A stretch of 64,000 bases of DNA from Tubiluchus corallicola (lineage: Eukaryota > Animalia > Priapulida): NCBI GenBank assembly GCA_030141605.1, contig JAQGDQ010000573.1, positions 1 through 64,000 of the forward strand, written 5' to 3'. The position numbers and the translations under genes were made by a program. This document shows positions 1 through 13,196 of this stretch, in pieces (within the stretch, counting starts at the first letter, position 1; each line of letters begins with the position of its first letter). The notes below the pieces were generated by a model. That model worked only from the letters and a program-made list of their open reading frames with translations. It searched no databases and was not told where the DNA came from.

Positions 1-78
1 CTCTCTCTCTCTCTCTCTCTCTCTTTCTCAGCCACCTCTCTTTCTCACTCTTTCACTCTCTCTCTCTCTCTCTCTCTC

Positions 79-139
<61 letters not shown>
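1..139. repeat. (CT)n microsatellite
   Basis: Direct inspection. Confidence 0.95.
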
Positions 140-142
<3 letters not shown>

Positions 143-194
143 ATATGTATATATCTAACACACACGCACACACATACACATACACACACATATA

Positions 195-458
195 TAAATG
201 GCTTTACAAAATATCTGCAGAGTGTAAACTGCTTACCAGAAATATTATTTTTAAGATAAAATTTTTTACGAGATATATATATATATATATATCCCCAACA
301 ACAATATACAACTATAAAACTATAAATAAAGGAATCTTAAACAAATAATAACCAACATTTTAAAAATTGAGGTCACTAAATGGTAAAAAACTTTATCTTA
401 AAAAATTACATTTCTGGTAAGCACTTTACACTCTGCAGATATTTTGTAAAGCCATTTA
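195..458. repeat. Long inverted repeat / foldback element
   Basis: 195-269 (TAAATGGCTTTACAAAATATCTGCAGAGTGTAAA...) is the near-perfect reverse complement of 383-458. Confidence 0.85.
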
Positions 459-551
459 CAAAGATAAGAATGAAATGCGAAAACTTGTTTACGGACGACA
501 CATTGCAGTTAAAGTTCTCTTACTTTTTAGTAGAAATAAAATCTACTTTAC

Positions 552-727
552 CTTGCAAGACCTTTACTATCTTTCACAGAGTCGGCCACCAAATTTTTCC
601 AAAACTCGTGTGTCTCTTGCACAACTCTTAGAGCAAAATCCTTGTCTTTGAACTCCCCGTTAAAAGCAAACTTGTTTTCCGGTTTACCTGTTGGCATTTT
701 GTAAATGCGGAACCATTCTTGTGTTGC
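552..727 (-). CDS. PPA2: Inorganic pyrophosphatase exon 6 (gene continues beyond the left edge)
   Basis: [58 protein letters not shown]; WFRxYK..GKPEN.FAF motif; GTAAAG donor, no stop reached. Confidence 0.95.
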
Positions 728-1322
728 CTAGGTAACCATCAACATTAATATTGATGTAGTAATTATGTGACAATTACAAATAAATGATACTGCATGTTAT
801 AATTACATTAAATGATTATTATTATTTACGTCAAAGTTAACTAAATAGAATTTTCAAATTTGCCTATATTTCCTTAAACCCATTTTACATTGGTCTTTCA
901 AAATACAAAAAGTGAATTTCCAAACAAATCTAGAGTTATTGAAATTGACATAGAAAATATAATATTCAGCAGATTTTGACACCAATAGTCAGATGATGAC
1001 AGAAATAGCAGAAAGATCACACGTGCTTGGCCACAAAGTTAAGCAGCAAGGACTAGACCTGATTAATAAATGGATGAGTGACAGTCATGAAGAGTGCTGT
1101 CTTTCGTGTGATTTTTTGCTATCACACTGCCTCCAGCCTTTCTGTTGCAGGAGACTATGTCAACACATTAGACTGGCTTTATGTCTCTTTTCAAAAGGCT
1201 TCTCTTAATAGTAATGTAGGTGCCATTGAAGATGAGTATAGGTCATTGTTCCTAAGTACTGAATTCTGGCTTCCAAAGTGACACACAATTTGAGAAGCAT
1301 GAAGAATGAGATCATGTTAAGT

Positions 1323-1835
1323 TGTTTGCATCCTTCTGTCTCGGAAGACAATGGAGTGTGCGCCAAGAGAGTCAGTTATTGATCACATTGATGGAGCTGC
1401 AGCATCGACTGTGGCTGAGCAGTCCGATCACTGAACGTCTACAGGGCGCACGCCTGGGCAAGGTGTATGGAGATCCTGAGTTGCCCAGACAACAAGAACC
1501 CCCTCTCTTCCTCCCTGGTGTAGTCCAAGGGAAAGCGGAGCTGCCGGAGTCAGTGAGCATGCTGCACTGGTCCGCCTTCGGGGCTCCACTCCTGATTTGG
1601 AAGGTTTACTCCTCTACACATGGCCGTTGGGTCACTTAACCTCCTCCGCCCTCTAGCTGTTGGCTGCTTGTACAGCTCCTCCGCCTAGTGTCGAGATACA
1701 GTGTGGGCATCCCGCAAGCCTACAGCACCTGGTATTCTTAGGCGGTCACCCATCCAAGTACTAACCAGGCTCTACGTTTCTTAACTTCGGTGATCATACG
1801 AGAACCGGTGTTTTCAACGTGATTTGGCCGTAGTG
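1323..1835 (-). mobile_element. 5S rRNA-derived SINE, second copy with internal deletions
   Basis: Reverse complement of the 45182 element (5S head at about 1715-1835, same body). TSD tcatgttaagt / tcatgtttagt. Confidence 0.9.
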
Positions 1836-1891
1836 CTCATGTTTAGTATTTGCCTGTTAAATCTCATGTGCATTTTGTAACAATAACATTG

Positions 1892-1952
1892 CAGTGGCGT
1901 AGCGTGGTACATGCGGGGTGCACAGGGCGGCCAAACCCCCACTACGCCACTG
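1892..1952. mobile_element. 61-bp mini-MITE
   Basis: CAGTGGCGTAG ... CTACGCCACTG terminal inverted repeats around a GC-rich core. Confidence 0.6.
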
Positions 1953-1998
1953 CGGCAGTGCCAACTAAACTAAAAAATGTTTTGTGCAAATAACTTAC

Positions 1999-2102
1999 CT
2001 TGAGGTAACCAGGCATGCGCTTGTTAACATCATCAATGTTATTCAAATCTTTTGCAAGCGGATCTGTAACATCTATAGCTATCAGCTTCCAATCAGTTTC
2101 AC
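1999..2102 (-). CDS. PPA2: Inorganic pyrophosphatase exon 5
   Basis: (G)[34 protein letters not shown] completes the DEGETDWK motif; TTTAG acceptor, GTAAGT donor. Confidence 0.96.
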
Positions 2103-3547
2103 CTAAACAAAGAAGCAATTCATGATAAATAAAAGCTAAAAACTTGAGACAAGTTAAGTAAATTCTGATTTACACCTTTTTCGATTTTTATTTAAGTTGA
2201 CTACCTTTCGTTTGACATGTTCAACACATTTGTACTAAAGCTGATGGTAAAATTACAAATTATGAAGATGTAAAACCCCCATGATAAAAGAACGTGACAT
2301 TCAGCAGACAAACTGCTAGTACAGGTCTGAACTAAAAATCAAAGTACGATACACTTTGAGACAAATTTTTTTTTACATGTTTAGACCAGTACGTCACCGA
2401 TCATGACATTTTACACGAATCATATTTACTTTCGCCACCCTTTCACCAATCACTTGAACAGCACTAACTCAGATAATTTACTCATTTAACAATCTTGTCA
2501 CTAATAATTTAATAATCTTGTTGAGAGGATAGGACTGCGTCGTGTTGAAGTTGTCATGATGTAGTGTAAATATGATATTATATTATAGTGTTAGTGGAAG
2601 CAAGTAATACTATGCTCGAAGTTTATAGTTAATTATAACTGGTGAAGTTGGCCTGCGAGATTTGGCCCACAAGCTTTGCATAAGCCTACCTTTTGTGTGC
2701 TTTGTACATTAGCCATCAGTGATCATGCAAAATGTTAAATCACCATTTTTTGGGAAACAGCTGCTCGAGCCTACATACGTCTTGTTGCACCAAGATTTTA
2801 TTAGTGTATAAACTAGGCCAGCTGCATCACTGTGTTATTGTTTAACACTAGGAGTAATCTTCATTAGGCAATACGCCCAATTAGAAATTAAGAGATAATT
2901 GACTATACTACAGTGGTGCTGCAATGGCTGTATATTAAAAGCCAGATGCAAGTACTTGTTTAAAAGATTTAGGTGTATCCATTGCCTCCACAGAACAGTG
3001 AACTGCTTTTTCTGAGTTTTGCTGTTTGTTGCTATTTTATAAGTGAACTTATATAATAGTGTAGGCTTTTTGGCACATTTTGTGGAGGTCTATTATTGGT
3101 CATAAGCTGCTTAATCTTTTTTATACAGTTTGTAAAATATATTGTCATATCAGTCCTAAATACCCTCATACTAAATTATGTTGTTGTTATATGTCCTGTA
3201 TTTAGTGTAAAAGGTGATAAATAAATGACTTACTTACTTACTTTGCTGTTAAGACACACTACAAGTTTTGTTGTGTTGTGGCAATAATAACAGAGTGTTC
3301 GAGTCTAGTAGCGTATTTAAGATCATACATTCCTGACGAAAAGTCTGAAGGTCTTGCAAACAGGAGTTTGTTGACATATTTACTTTCTGTCCGACAGTGC
3401 CATGTACAGTGACTGAATTTCAAAACTTCTTGGTAGTGAAGGCAATTGCCTGGTATACAGTGGGTTGGTCAACAAATGATTATTTTACATACGTAAATCA
3501 AACAATGATGAGTTTTCAACATGCTGATCAACAGCAGTCAACTAAAT

Positions 3548-3960
3548 TTTTAGATTTAGATTTTAGATTTAATATTTTACTTCAAACTTTACAAAGTTCA
3601 TATACACATCACAAATTAATACAAATAATACAATAAATCATGACACACAACAATAACACAAATAACAATTAATGATATAACAAACTACGCCAATGACATC
3701 TAATTACAGAAGTAAAGTTTACATCACTGTTTAAAATGTTCTTGCATATAAAATTTTCACTCTTATTCAGCCTGACGTATAAACTGTATGCACATTTTCT
3801 GTGAATCACATGAAAATAAATAATATTAAGTCTAGTAGAAATATATCTAGCGCTCGTATCATATGAAAAGTTAAACAGCTTCCGTGTTGATACATTATAT
3901 GCAACCTTGAGTTTGCTAAGATTCAAAACATTCAAAACAATTTCAATAATCATCGATTAG
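3548..3960 (-). mobile_element. LINE 3' remnant (RTEX-like C-terminus)
   Basis: Translates LSKLKVAYNVSTRKLFNFSYDTSAR..., resembling non-LTR ORF2 C-termini; followed by an (AAATCT)n tail. Confidence 0.55.
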
Positions 3961-5183
3961 ATTACGACTGTAAATGCCAGAACGTTCACAAACAATTGCA
4001 GTTTGTTTTACAACAATTATTACCCACTGAGAGTAATGAATTAAACAAAGAAAGGAGACGCTGAAAAATTGTGAACTACCCGAGATTTGAACCTGAGACA
4101 TGGATTAGTACTGGGTTGAGCTACCATTAAAACATGATACAGCAGAGGTCCCAGATTTTCTCCTTGTAGCACGTAATCTCAATCATCGATCATCAATAGA
4201 CCCTTAAAAAGTGGGGCCATTGCCCGTGTTTAGGGCGAATCATACAAAAAAAAATAGAAGACGGAAATAGAAAATTTACTAGCCAGACTAAAACAAAAAG
4301 CACTGGTCTTGTATCTTTTGGTTAGCTAACTTAGGACAATAATTTGCAGTAACAATATAACCTTCACAGGTATGTAAAGTGGAATCTAGAAAAATTAATC
4401 TAGTAAAACTCTGAACAATGTTTCTACAGACATAGTTGCAGCATCTTGTATTCAATAGAAACCATGCAATAGTGGTTTAAGGTATTGAGTTGTTCTAACA
4501 GATTTACTCCTATGCACATCATGATTGAACAGTTGAACCAAAGACATGACTGAGTCGTAACTAGTAAGTAGTAAAATTCACTGTGAAAAGATCTATCATC
4601 TGATATTATGATAATTTTTTATTTATCACTATTTGCTAATTACTAATCCATGTTGATAAGTAATTTCATTATCAAAGACGTAAGTAAATGTAACTACAGA
4701 CAAAAAGATATAACCACATCATGTGTCATGAAGCTGAAGTTCCAGTTTATGTAAGTGTATTATGTTTATGTAACATTGGAAAATTAATTAAACTGGTGTA
4801 AAATTTGTCAAAATTGTCAAATACACTGTTTCAGCTATGGAATCTGTATTCATATCATAAGCAGTTTCATTTAACAGTCCACGTCAATCAGATAATTCAT
4901 TATCTACATCATTCAAATAGTAAAAGTAAAGTCTATGTACTTGGCATCTTAGTAAAAAGTTATTCTTAAACATAACTGCCTATTCACGGAGGTAACATTG
5001 CTTATACCCTTTTCACATCCATACATGATAAACCACTATTTCAGAACAAGAAACCAAGTGTCCTAGTTTCTCACAAAATGTAGAGCCGCATCAAAATACA
5101 AATTGATAAATACTGTACAAAACGTCTTAAAATATATGGCAGCACGGACTTAGTGGCACTGTTTCACACGAGAGTTTGTGTAA

Positions 5184-5641
5184 CCCTTACAGGCCCAAAT
5201 TATTTTTTTAATAAGAAAAAATTTTTTGGCTTGGCACTTTTGTTCAGCATGTCCATCTTGTTTACACATAATAATTTTTTTTTTCTACCTGTGCCGCGTG
5301 CTAAATATAGCCTGTATCCCACGGGATACATTGGGATTCAATGGAAGCATAAAATGTGCTTCATTTTGCAACTGCTGATAATTTATTAAAGTATTTAAGA
5401 CATTTAGTATGCATGCTATGCTGATCTGTACAAAGTCGTCTCTAAAGTACTGTACCTTGGGCAGTTTTTTATGCTATGTAGATTTTCTAGTTTGCCATTT
5501 TATCACCATTTTTAGTCTATTGTTATTGGCTTAAATCAAAATAACTATTAACAGATCAAATAACTGTCAGTTTTAAAATTTTATTAATTGTAAAGGCAGA
5601 AAATATTCTCGTTCCCACGGGATACAACGGGTATGAAAGGG
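5184..5641 (+). mobile_element. piggyBac-like MITE
   Basis: CCCTT...GAAAGGG|TTAA; about 290 bp nearly identical to 32905-33197. Confidence 0.75.
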
Positions 5642-5765
5642 TTAACATACGAATGCTGTTCAATAATGCTGTTATGTGTAATTAAGTGTAAAAATACAAA
5701 CAGTAACTAACAGAGACTTAAATACTAAATCACTAGATGGAGTTTGTATCTGCGATATCACGTAC

Positions 5766-5916
5766 CTTCATCAATCAGTGCTAATGTCCCTAGTAATTTG
5801 ACTTGTATCACGTCACCTCTCCGCCGTACCCTGTAACCAATCTCGCAAACGTCGATGGGATCGTTGTCACCTCTCGCCTCGGTGTCCGGGTCAATGTGAT
5901 TAGGATCTTCCCATGT
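5766..5916 (-). CDS. PPA2: Inorganic pyrophosphatase exon 4 (catalytic DNDPID motif)
   Basis: [50 protein letters not shown](G); PPase signature D-N-D-P-I-D-V; AG/GT boundaries. Confidence 0.97.
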
Positions 5917-5951
5917 CTGCACATAAGAGGCAAGAAGCTGAGATGCAACAT

Positions 5952-6446
5952 CGGGGATAAGAATGACAAATTGCAAAAAGCTCTGAAACAGGCCGGTGGG
6001 GGGGGGGGGTTGTTGGGGCCACCTAGGCGAAGCCCCCTTGGAGCCAGCAACAAATTGCAATTTTGTGACCATAGAGAGCCTCTAAGTGGACTTAAAATAT
6101 CAATTACCTTGTTTCATACATAATTTAAAATACCCAACTATCAAGGATACATGATACCTAATTGTCTCAAAAACACCTAAGTACTGGCCACTCCTATGCA
6201 AAAGTATATAAAAACTGTCTGCAATTGACTCAAATAACTCCGCACAATTGATTCTATATTTTTATTCATAGAGATATACACGTGGTTACACTGATGTACG
6301 TGATGTAAACAAAGTGACGGCCTGCCACCTAGCGGTCAGCTTGTGAAATAATGTACTGGGTCCGTAAAAATTCCCTCAACGAATTTACGCGATTTACAAA
6401 AAAGGCACCACTGGTCTTCCAAAAACTCGGAAAATTCTCATCCCTG
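5952..6446 (-). mobile_element. MITE family B (TIR CAGGGATGAGAAT, 6-bp TSD)
   Basis: Reverse complement of the 22953 and 29192 copies; flanks caacat / caatat. Confidence 0.85.
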
Positions 6447-6493
6447 CAATATGCAGCGTTCAGGTTTATTAGTGACAGAAGTGCATCTGACAA

Positions 6494-6930
6494 TAGTGGT
6501 GGGCTATTAATAGATTAGTCGAATTAAATCGAGATTACAACCATGTATAAATCGGTATAATCTGTGATTGAACAGTAATTAAATTAATCGAGAACAAAAC
6601 ACACTATGTGAGTGCAAATAAAAAGGATACTTGAATTTTCTCTTCATTTTTCTCACCTGACACAATGCGCACAATTGCAAACTAAGGCTTCTTATTCGTT
6701 TTCATATGACAGGTGTAGCTCACATAGTAACAGAGTAGTTAATGAATGTGCGTGTCTATAAAACTAGTTTGCATGTGCGAAAATAGCAGACAGCAACGAA
6801 AGCCATGAAAAAGTTCATAGGCTATATGTCAGTGCTTCAATGTTTGAAAAATATGGCTAAAAATTACCGAAAAAGATTACAAGAACAAGACTGTAATCGA
6901 ATTAGAAAATTTCAAAATCGTCCATCACTA
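6494..6930. mobile_element. hAT-like MITE (TIR TAGTGRTGGRC)
   Basis: TAGTGGTGGGCTATT ... AATCGTCCATCACTA with 8-bp TSD tctgacaa / tctggcaa; a matching terminus also lies at about 21089-21124. Confidence 0.75.
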
Positions 6931-8129
6931 TCTGGCAAAGTACAAAGCAGAAAAATCCTGAAACTGGAGAATGTTTAATCAGAGCTGATTTTTTTAACAA
7001 ATTTATGTCAAATGCTTTTATCTATTTACTGTCTTTACCAATAAACTTTGTACAACTCCTGACCAAGAGTTACTTACAAGGGATTATCTAGTATAGGCTA
7101 GTATAGTCAAACTTGAGGGACTTCAAGCCTTGGTAGCATTAGGTAAAAAAATCAGTTTTTCACTACGATTTCGTTAAAATCTGTGCTAATTTTGTTTGCA
7201 ATAAATAGAAAAATGGCAGTATTTCTTAAGGAATATTGTAAATAACAGTCAAGTAAATTTAAGATTTAAATATGGTTGTACTGTAGATCTAAACGAAAAT
7301 GTAAAATTAAAGGTTAAGAACTCATTTAAAGATCATGTTTTAAGATATCTATTATAGCTTCTTACAACACTGTATACTGTAATATAATTACAAGGGAACT
7401 ACAATGTGTGGTTATTATAAAGTTGAATGTCTGTAGATATGTTACTTTACTAACATCGCATTACCTGTTTTACTAACATCTTCATCTTTGTAAACTGTAT
7501 ATTTTATACGAAATAAACTCATAATAATAATAATAATAATAATATTTTTACTGACAAACAAAAGACAGCTATTCTAGTTTATTTAAAGAATATACAATAT
7601 ATTTACTTCAAACTATGTAAAAGTCTCTAAAATCAGGAGTAAAAAATATGCAAGACGGTGCTGGCATGTTAGAGGGCGGCTGCATCTGAGGGAGCCCTAT
7701 CATTAGCCTAAGGGAATGGTCATAATCTGGCACTGGTCATTTGAGGCCGTGAAAATTCCCGGGTTTCTTGCACCACTTGTGGCGAAGCCCTGTCACTTCG
7801 GCCAAGTTTCAGAGCTAATTATCTATAATTTACTTGTGATATCGAAAATCGTAAAACAGTCGAAATTTGCCACAAAAATTTGTATATTGATATCTTCTGT
7901 GTTACACAACTGCGGTTACACGATGCTTTGCAAACATAAATGTATCTATACAAATCAACTCATTCATTTAGTAGTCGATGAATTAAAGAAATAACAAATT
8001 GCACAAAATGGTTTAACTTAACAAGTTTGGCGGTGATTTAAGATGACAGATATTTCCTAGAGTTTTGCAAATAATATCAAAGATTCTATGATGCATCACA
8101 CAGCATTAGATGGTATTAAATATACTAAC

Positions 8130-8249
8130 TTGTGGTAACGCTCCGTAATTCCAGATATACCCGTGATGTGGAAAACAGTTGTTCACAAACCGTAATTTTC
8201 CTTTCTTTGTATCTTGTTTGATTGGATTTAACTTTGCTTTAGTGTCAAT
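8130..8249 (-). CDS. PPA2: Inorganic pyrophosphatase exon 3
   Basis: [40 protein letters not shown]; TTTCAG acceptor, GTTAGT donor. Confidence 0.96.
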
Positions 8250-8480
8250 CTGAAATGAGAATAATGACTTAATTAGAAATTTTATGATGCCCAGAACCTC
8301 AAAATATTGTGCACCACACAGTTTGAACAAGAGACGTAGTTTCACTATAACCTTTAAAGTATAAAGACAACAAATAAAAAACCGTATTTTCTTCCACTAT
8401 TAAATCTGTCATTATTCTAGATGTCCCATCTGATTTACTGAGTCATTTTGATCTGCCGGTTGAAAACCAAAAGCAAAATA

Positions 8481-9711
8481 CAGTAGGCACTGATTAATAG
8501 ACTCATGGTTAATACTACCATTTTACTACCATATTATGCTATTCTTACTTCATATATATTCACTTTATTATGATTATTTTGCTCATTGTTTCACAGTTAT
8601 TATTAAGTTTTCATTATATTTTGTTTGAGTTTATTACTACATATTTTGTTTCTTTCACTGATTTATTATTTAAGTTTTTTTGGTTGTTTTTTTTGGTTTG
8701 ACTTTTTTCTAGTTTTTTGTTTTAATCGGTTAGTTAAATGCTTTACATATTTTGTTAATCATCATTTCATATTTTTCATTTTATTTCTTTATCGCATAGC
8801 TTACTTAGTTGTTCTGCTTTCATGTTTAATGTATCCCCCCCCCCCCCCCCCCATAAATTCATGTTAACAGCAGCACCACAATTTTTTTTACAATTTTCAC
8901 TAACCTGAGAAGGGTAGCTGACTCGATGACCAATTGGTCTTTCGCTACCCTTTCTCCTGCACCCCCTTAACTCTTTCCTTTATGCTTAATTTATCCTTTT
9001 TAATCAATAACTAAAAAATAATAGTCAATTTGTATACTGGTGTAAATGAGGAGATAAATAAAAATGTCTATGTCTATGGTTAATAGATTCAGTCGCTTAA
9101 TTGACTTAAAAGAATGGGCCGCTCCTATTCAAATGTATGTAAAAACCGCCGGTAATTGACTCAGACAACTTGGCATGATTGACTCAATATTTTTCCTTTT
9201 CAAAATAGTTAAAGTATTTAAAATAAGACACTTGTGTGTGTCCAAAGAGCTTTTGCTGCTCTTACATGATGTTTTACATCGATTTTAAACAACAAATACC
9301 CTTACAAACAGTGATGTTAGATACAGTTTTGTTTGTAAGCAGATACAGTATATTTGTCATATGTGCAATATGTTAGCCTAACGGTTTTGCTTTGTATCTG
9401 TTACCCGCTTGTCCACTGCAATTAACCTCGTTGTTTCTGAAAGCTAAACAATTAATCACTTGTCAAGCGGTTTGCTTTTGAAGCTCTTGCTGCTTTTCAC
9501 AGGGGAAACAAGGTCATCACCAACTGCAGCTCAAGCACTAGGTGACTAGGTGTTTTGCGTGAATATGTGCACTTTTGCGCAGCAAACAGCAACAGATTTT
9601 TATCACTACGAGAATTTCATAAACCTCCTTCCCTTCGGTTAATTGACTCAGTCGGTTAATTGGGTCAAAACACTTCAGTCCCAGGGTGAATATATTAAGC
9701 GGCGCCTACTG
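8481..9711. mobile_element. pogo/Tigger-like MITE interrupted by a LINE-tail insertion
   Basis: TA|CAGTAGGCACTGATTAAT ... ATTAAGCGGCGCCTACTG|TA; inner insertion at about 8515-9076 flanked by the duplication atggttaata. Confidence 0.7.
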
Positions 9712-10250
9712 TATGTGCAATCTCGATACTATTTAGAGGCAGGGCAATACTGTTTGTTTTGACCCATTCATGTGATACCACATACAGGATTTGATTTGAC
9801 TTATGTGCTGATTTAAACTTGTAATGTCCCTCTTTTCTGTTATAAATTGGTTTCCTTTTAAACAGGTCATGTGACCGGTCTTTTACCTGTGCACTTACCT
9901 GTAGATTGGAGTCACTCAGACATTCACACACTGCAGTTACAGATTGTTTAGCGTCATTCATTGATTCGTTGTTATTCATTGATAATTACACTTATAGAAG
10001 TTCACCGTGTAAGTTGATTTATTAATTTCTTAAATCTTGAACCTTTGTTTATTAAAAAGACTAGAGATTAGATTTTATAATTTGCGTAAAACTTTGTTAA
10101 AGTTAATTAGATCAATTTGGTTTAGATTTTGCCGTAAAATTGAGCAAAATTATATAAAATTATCTGATTTTTTTCAGATTAAACGATACAAGCTACACTA
10201 TTATGTTGTTGGAGATTTTTTTATAAGGTTGCACAACTTAGTTGGAATGA

Positions 10251-11405
10251 ACAGAGGACTTCCGAACCTATTCAGTCACTAGAACTACAGAGGACTTCCG
10301 AACCTAGCCAGTCACTAGAACTACAGAGGACTTCCGAACCTAGCCAGTCACTAGAACTACAGAGGACTTCCGAACCTAGCCAGTCACTAGAACTACAGAG
10401 GACTTCCGAACCTAGCCAGTCACTAGAACTTCAGAGGACTTCCGAACCTAGTCAGTCACTAGAACTACAGAGGACTTCCGAACCAAGTCAGTCACTAGAA
10501 CTACAAAAGACTTCCGAACCTAGTCAGTCACTAGAACTTCAGAGGACTTCCGAACCTAGCCAGTCACTAGAACTACAGAGGACTTCCGAACCTAGCCAGT
10601 CACTAGAACTTCAGAGGACTTCCGAACCTAGTCAGTCACTAGAACTACAGAGGACTTCCGAACCAAGTCAGTCACTAGAACTACAGAGGACTTCCGAACC
10701 TAGCCAGTCACTAGAACTACAGAGGACTTCCGAACCAAGTCAGTCACTAGAACTACAGAGGACTTCCGAACCTAGTCAGTCACTAGAACTACAGAGGACT
10801 TCAGAACCAAGTCAGTCACTAGAACTACAGAGGACTTCCGAACCTAGCCAGTCACTAGAACTACAGAGGACTTCCGAACCTAGTCAGTCACTAGAACTAC
10901 AGAGGACTTCCGAACCTAGCCAGTCACTAGAACTACAGAGGACTTCCGAACCTAGTCAGTCACTAGAACTACAGAGGACTTCCGAACCTGGTCAGTCACT
11001 AGAACTACAGCGGACTTCCGAACCTAGTCAGTCACTAGAACTACAGAGGACTTCCGAACCTAGTCAGTCAGTAGAACTACAGAGGACTTCCGAACCTAGC
11101 CAGTCACTAGAACTACAGAGGACTTCCGAACCTAGCCAGTCACTAGAACTACAGAGGACTTCCGAACCTAGCCAGTCACTAGAACTACAGAGGACTTCCG
11201 AACCTAGCCAGTCACTAGAACTTCAGAGGACTTCCGAACCTAGCCAGTCACTAGAACTACAGAGGACTTCCGAACCTAGTCAGTCACTAGAACTACAGAG
11301 GACTTCCGGACCTAGTCAGTCACTAGAACTACAGAGGACTTCCGGACCTAGTCAGTCACTAGAACTACAAAAGACTTCCGAACCTAGTCGGTCACTAGAA
11401 CTACA
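10251..11405. repeat. 36-bp minisatellite, about 32 copies
   Basis: Unit ACAGAGGACTTCCGAACCTAGYCAGTCACTAGAACT. Confidence 0.97.
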
Positions 11406-11518
11406 TCATCAGATTTATCAAAATTAAGCATCAACTGATTCAGCAATAACAGCTGAACGAACTCACGCCAACAAACTGCAATAGGATTTTCAAATTTTCA
11501 CCGTAAGCTAGTGGTTAC

Positions 11519-11637
11519 CTCCATTTTCGCACAAGTCCATCGAGGCACCTCGACTATCATGTTAAACACGTTTCGTTCGCTGTTAGTGTGCAATGGAACA
11601 TCATGAAATGGTGACACAACATTTCCGTCTGCATCTT
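11519..11637 (-). CDS. PPA2: Inorganic pyrophosphatase exon 2
   Basis: (K)[39 protein letters not shown]; TTGCAG acceptor, GTAACC donor; phase consistent with exon 1 (193+119=312 nt). Confidence 0.95.
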
Positions 11638-12392
11638 CTGCAAAAATGAATGCGATATCACGAACTTTTCAAATAATTTAATTAATCAATTTGATGATCG
11701 ACACCAATGAATCTTACCAGTATCAATAAAACTGACAGTTCATGTGAAGCAACAATAAATCCAATGGCTAACAGCAGCAACAGCAACAACAACGTAACAA
11801 TAACACAAATGATTATAGGAGGACCCTGAAAATGTTCCCCCAAACTAACAAGTTTCTCCTCTTTCCAAAGAGTCATGAATTTCTTTCTAAGATTCCCACC
11901 AAGCATTGCCAGGACGTTTTTGAACAAAAAGCATTCTAGTGACACTTTGTGGGGACCCTCTACCTCTTTGGAAACAGGAGAAACTAGACTACACAATGAT
12001 GTGGGTCCTCCTAGATGAGGGTTACAAGTTAATTTGGGGGGAAACGTTTTTTTTGAATGACCATGTATAACATTCCTCAGTCAAATGAAGTGAAGTTTAT
12101 ACTTTCAGGTCTGATGATTGCAAAGCAAAGTGAAAATGAACTGATGGCCAGGTTAGTCACAAAGCAAGTAATTATCATCTATAGCAATCATGATTAATTG
12201 GTGATTAATAATTGCCCATACCTACTCTTAGTTCATCACAAATGACAGAGAACAGTAATAAAAATGAAAATATTAAAATAAAAAACAAAACAAAAGTACA
12301 AGACTGAAAAATGGTGACACAAACTGGCGAAATGTAAAACAAATACAAAAATCAAACAAAGGAAGCTGTTTAGTACTAGGGCTCTTATTTAA

Positions 12393-12967
12393 CCCTTTCA
12401 CTACGGAAGGTGGCACACTGACACTTATGTTTTTTATGTCACTTAGCATAACAGTAAGCGCAGTCACTCAGGTCTGTTTATTTCACTGCTACGGCCATGT
12501 AAAAAATTGTAGAAAAGTTTGACAGCCGTGGGATTGGGGTTGTTTCACAACAAGTAATGCTAACCAGCCAATTAGCATCTGAAGCCAGGTGTATTCCACA
12601 ATGCTATACTGTATGGTATGTTTCCACGCAAAATCACTTGTAGATTGTTGATGAAACGTATGTTTAGTTGATTCTTCCGCTTTCTTAGCAAATGATTGCA
12701 TATTATGAATTAGTGTTGTGTCTTTTGTGAAAACTGGTTTCTTAATATAAGTACTTGCTTACTTATGATGGTGTGCACATGTGCGTGAGTGCATGTATGT
12801 GTGCTCACGCGTGTGTGTGCTCGTGTGTGTGTGCGCGCATGTGCAGAAATAAAACTAATATTTAGTATTAGTACTCAACAACAAACAACTATTTGTTTAT
12901 TTACAAAATTCTGTTCTAGTAACAATGTGGCCTGGTTTCTTAATACAAGTACTAGCTTACTTATGAC

Positions 12968-13004
<37 letters not shown>

Positions 13005-13009
13005 ATGCG

Positions 13010-13075
<66 letters not shown>

Positions 13076-13196
13076 TGTAGACATAAAACTAATATTTAAT
13101 ATTAGTACTCAATAACAAACAACTATTTGTTTATTTACAAGATTCTGTTCTAGTAACAAAGTGGCCCAGTTAAAAATCAACTACACAGTGAAAGGG
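12393..13196. mobile_element. piggyBac-like MITE with internal duplication and (GT)n
   Basis: TTAA|CCCTTTCACT ... AGTGAAAGGG|TTAA; an internal ~200-bp segment is tandemly duplicated around GT microsatellites. Confidence 0.78.

Noticed and set aside
3330-3366. Hammerhead-like CTGACGA...GCAAAC
   Set aside because: The GAAA core is broken, stem II is weak and no convincing stems I/III are present.
4075-4125. tRNA gene on the minus strand (TAGCTCAA...GGTTCAAATC)
   Set aside because: Too short and no cloverleaf; at most a decayed tRNA-SINE head.
10251-11405. 36-bp repeat as a CRISPR array
   Set aside because: Units are contiguous with no unique spacers, there are no cas genes, and the context is a eukaryotic intron. 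The same applies to the other arrays.
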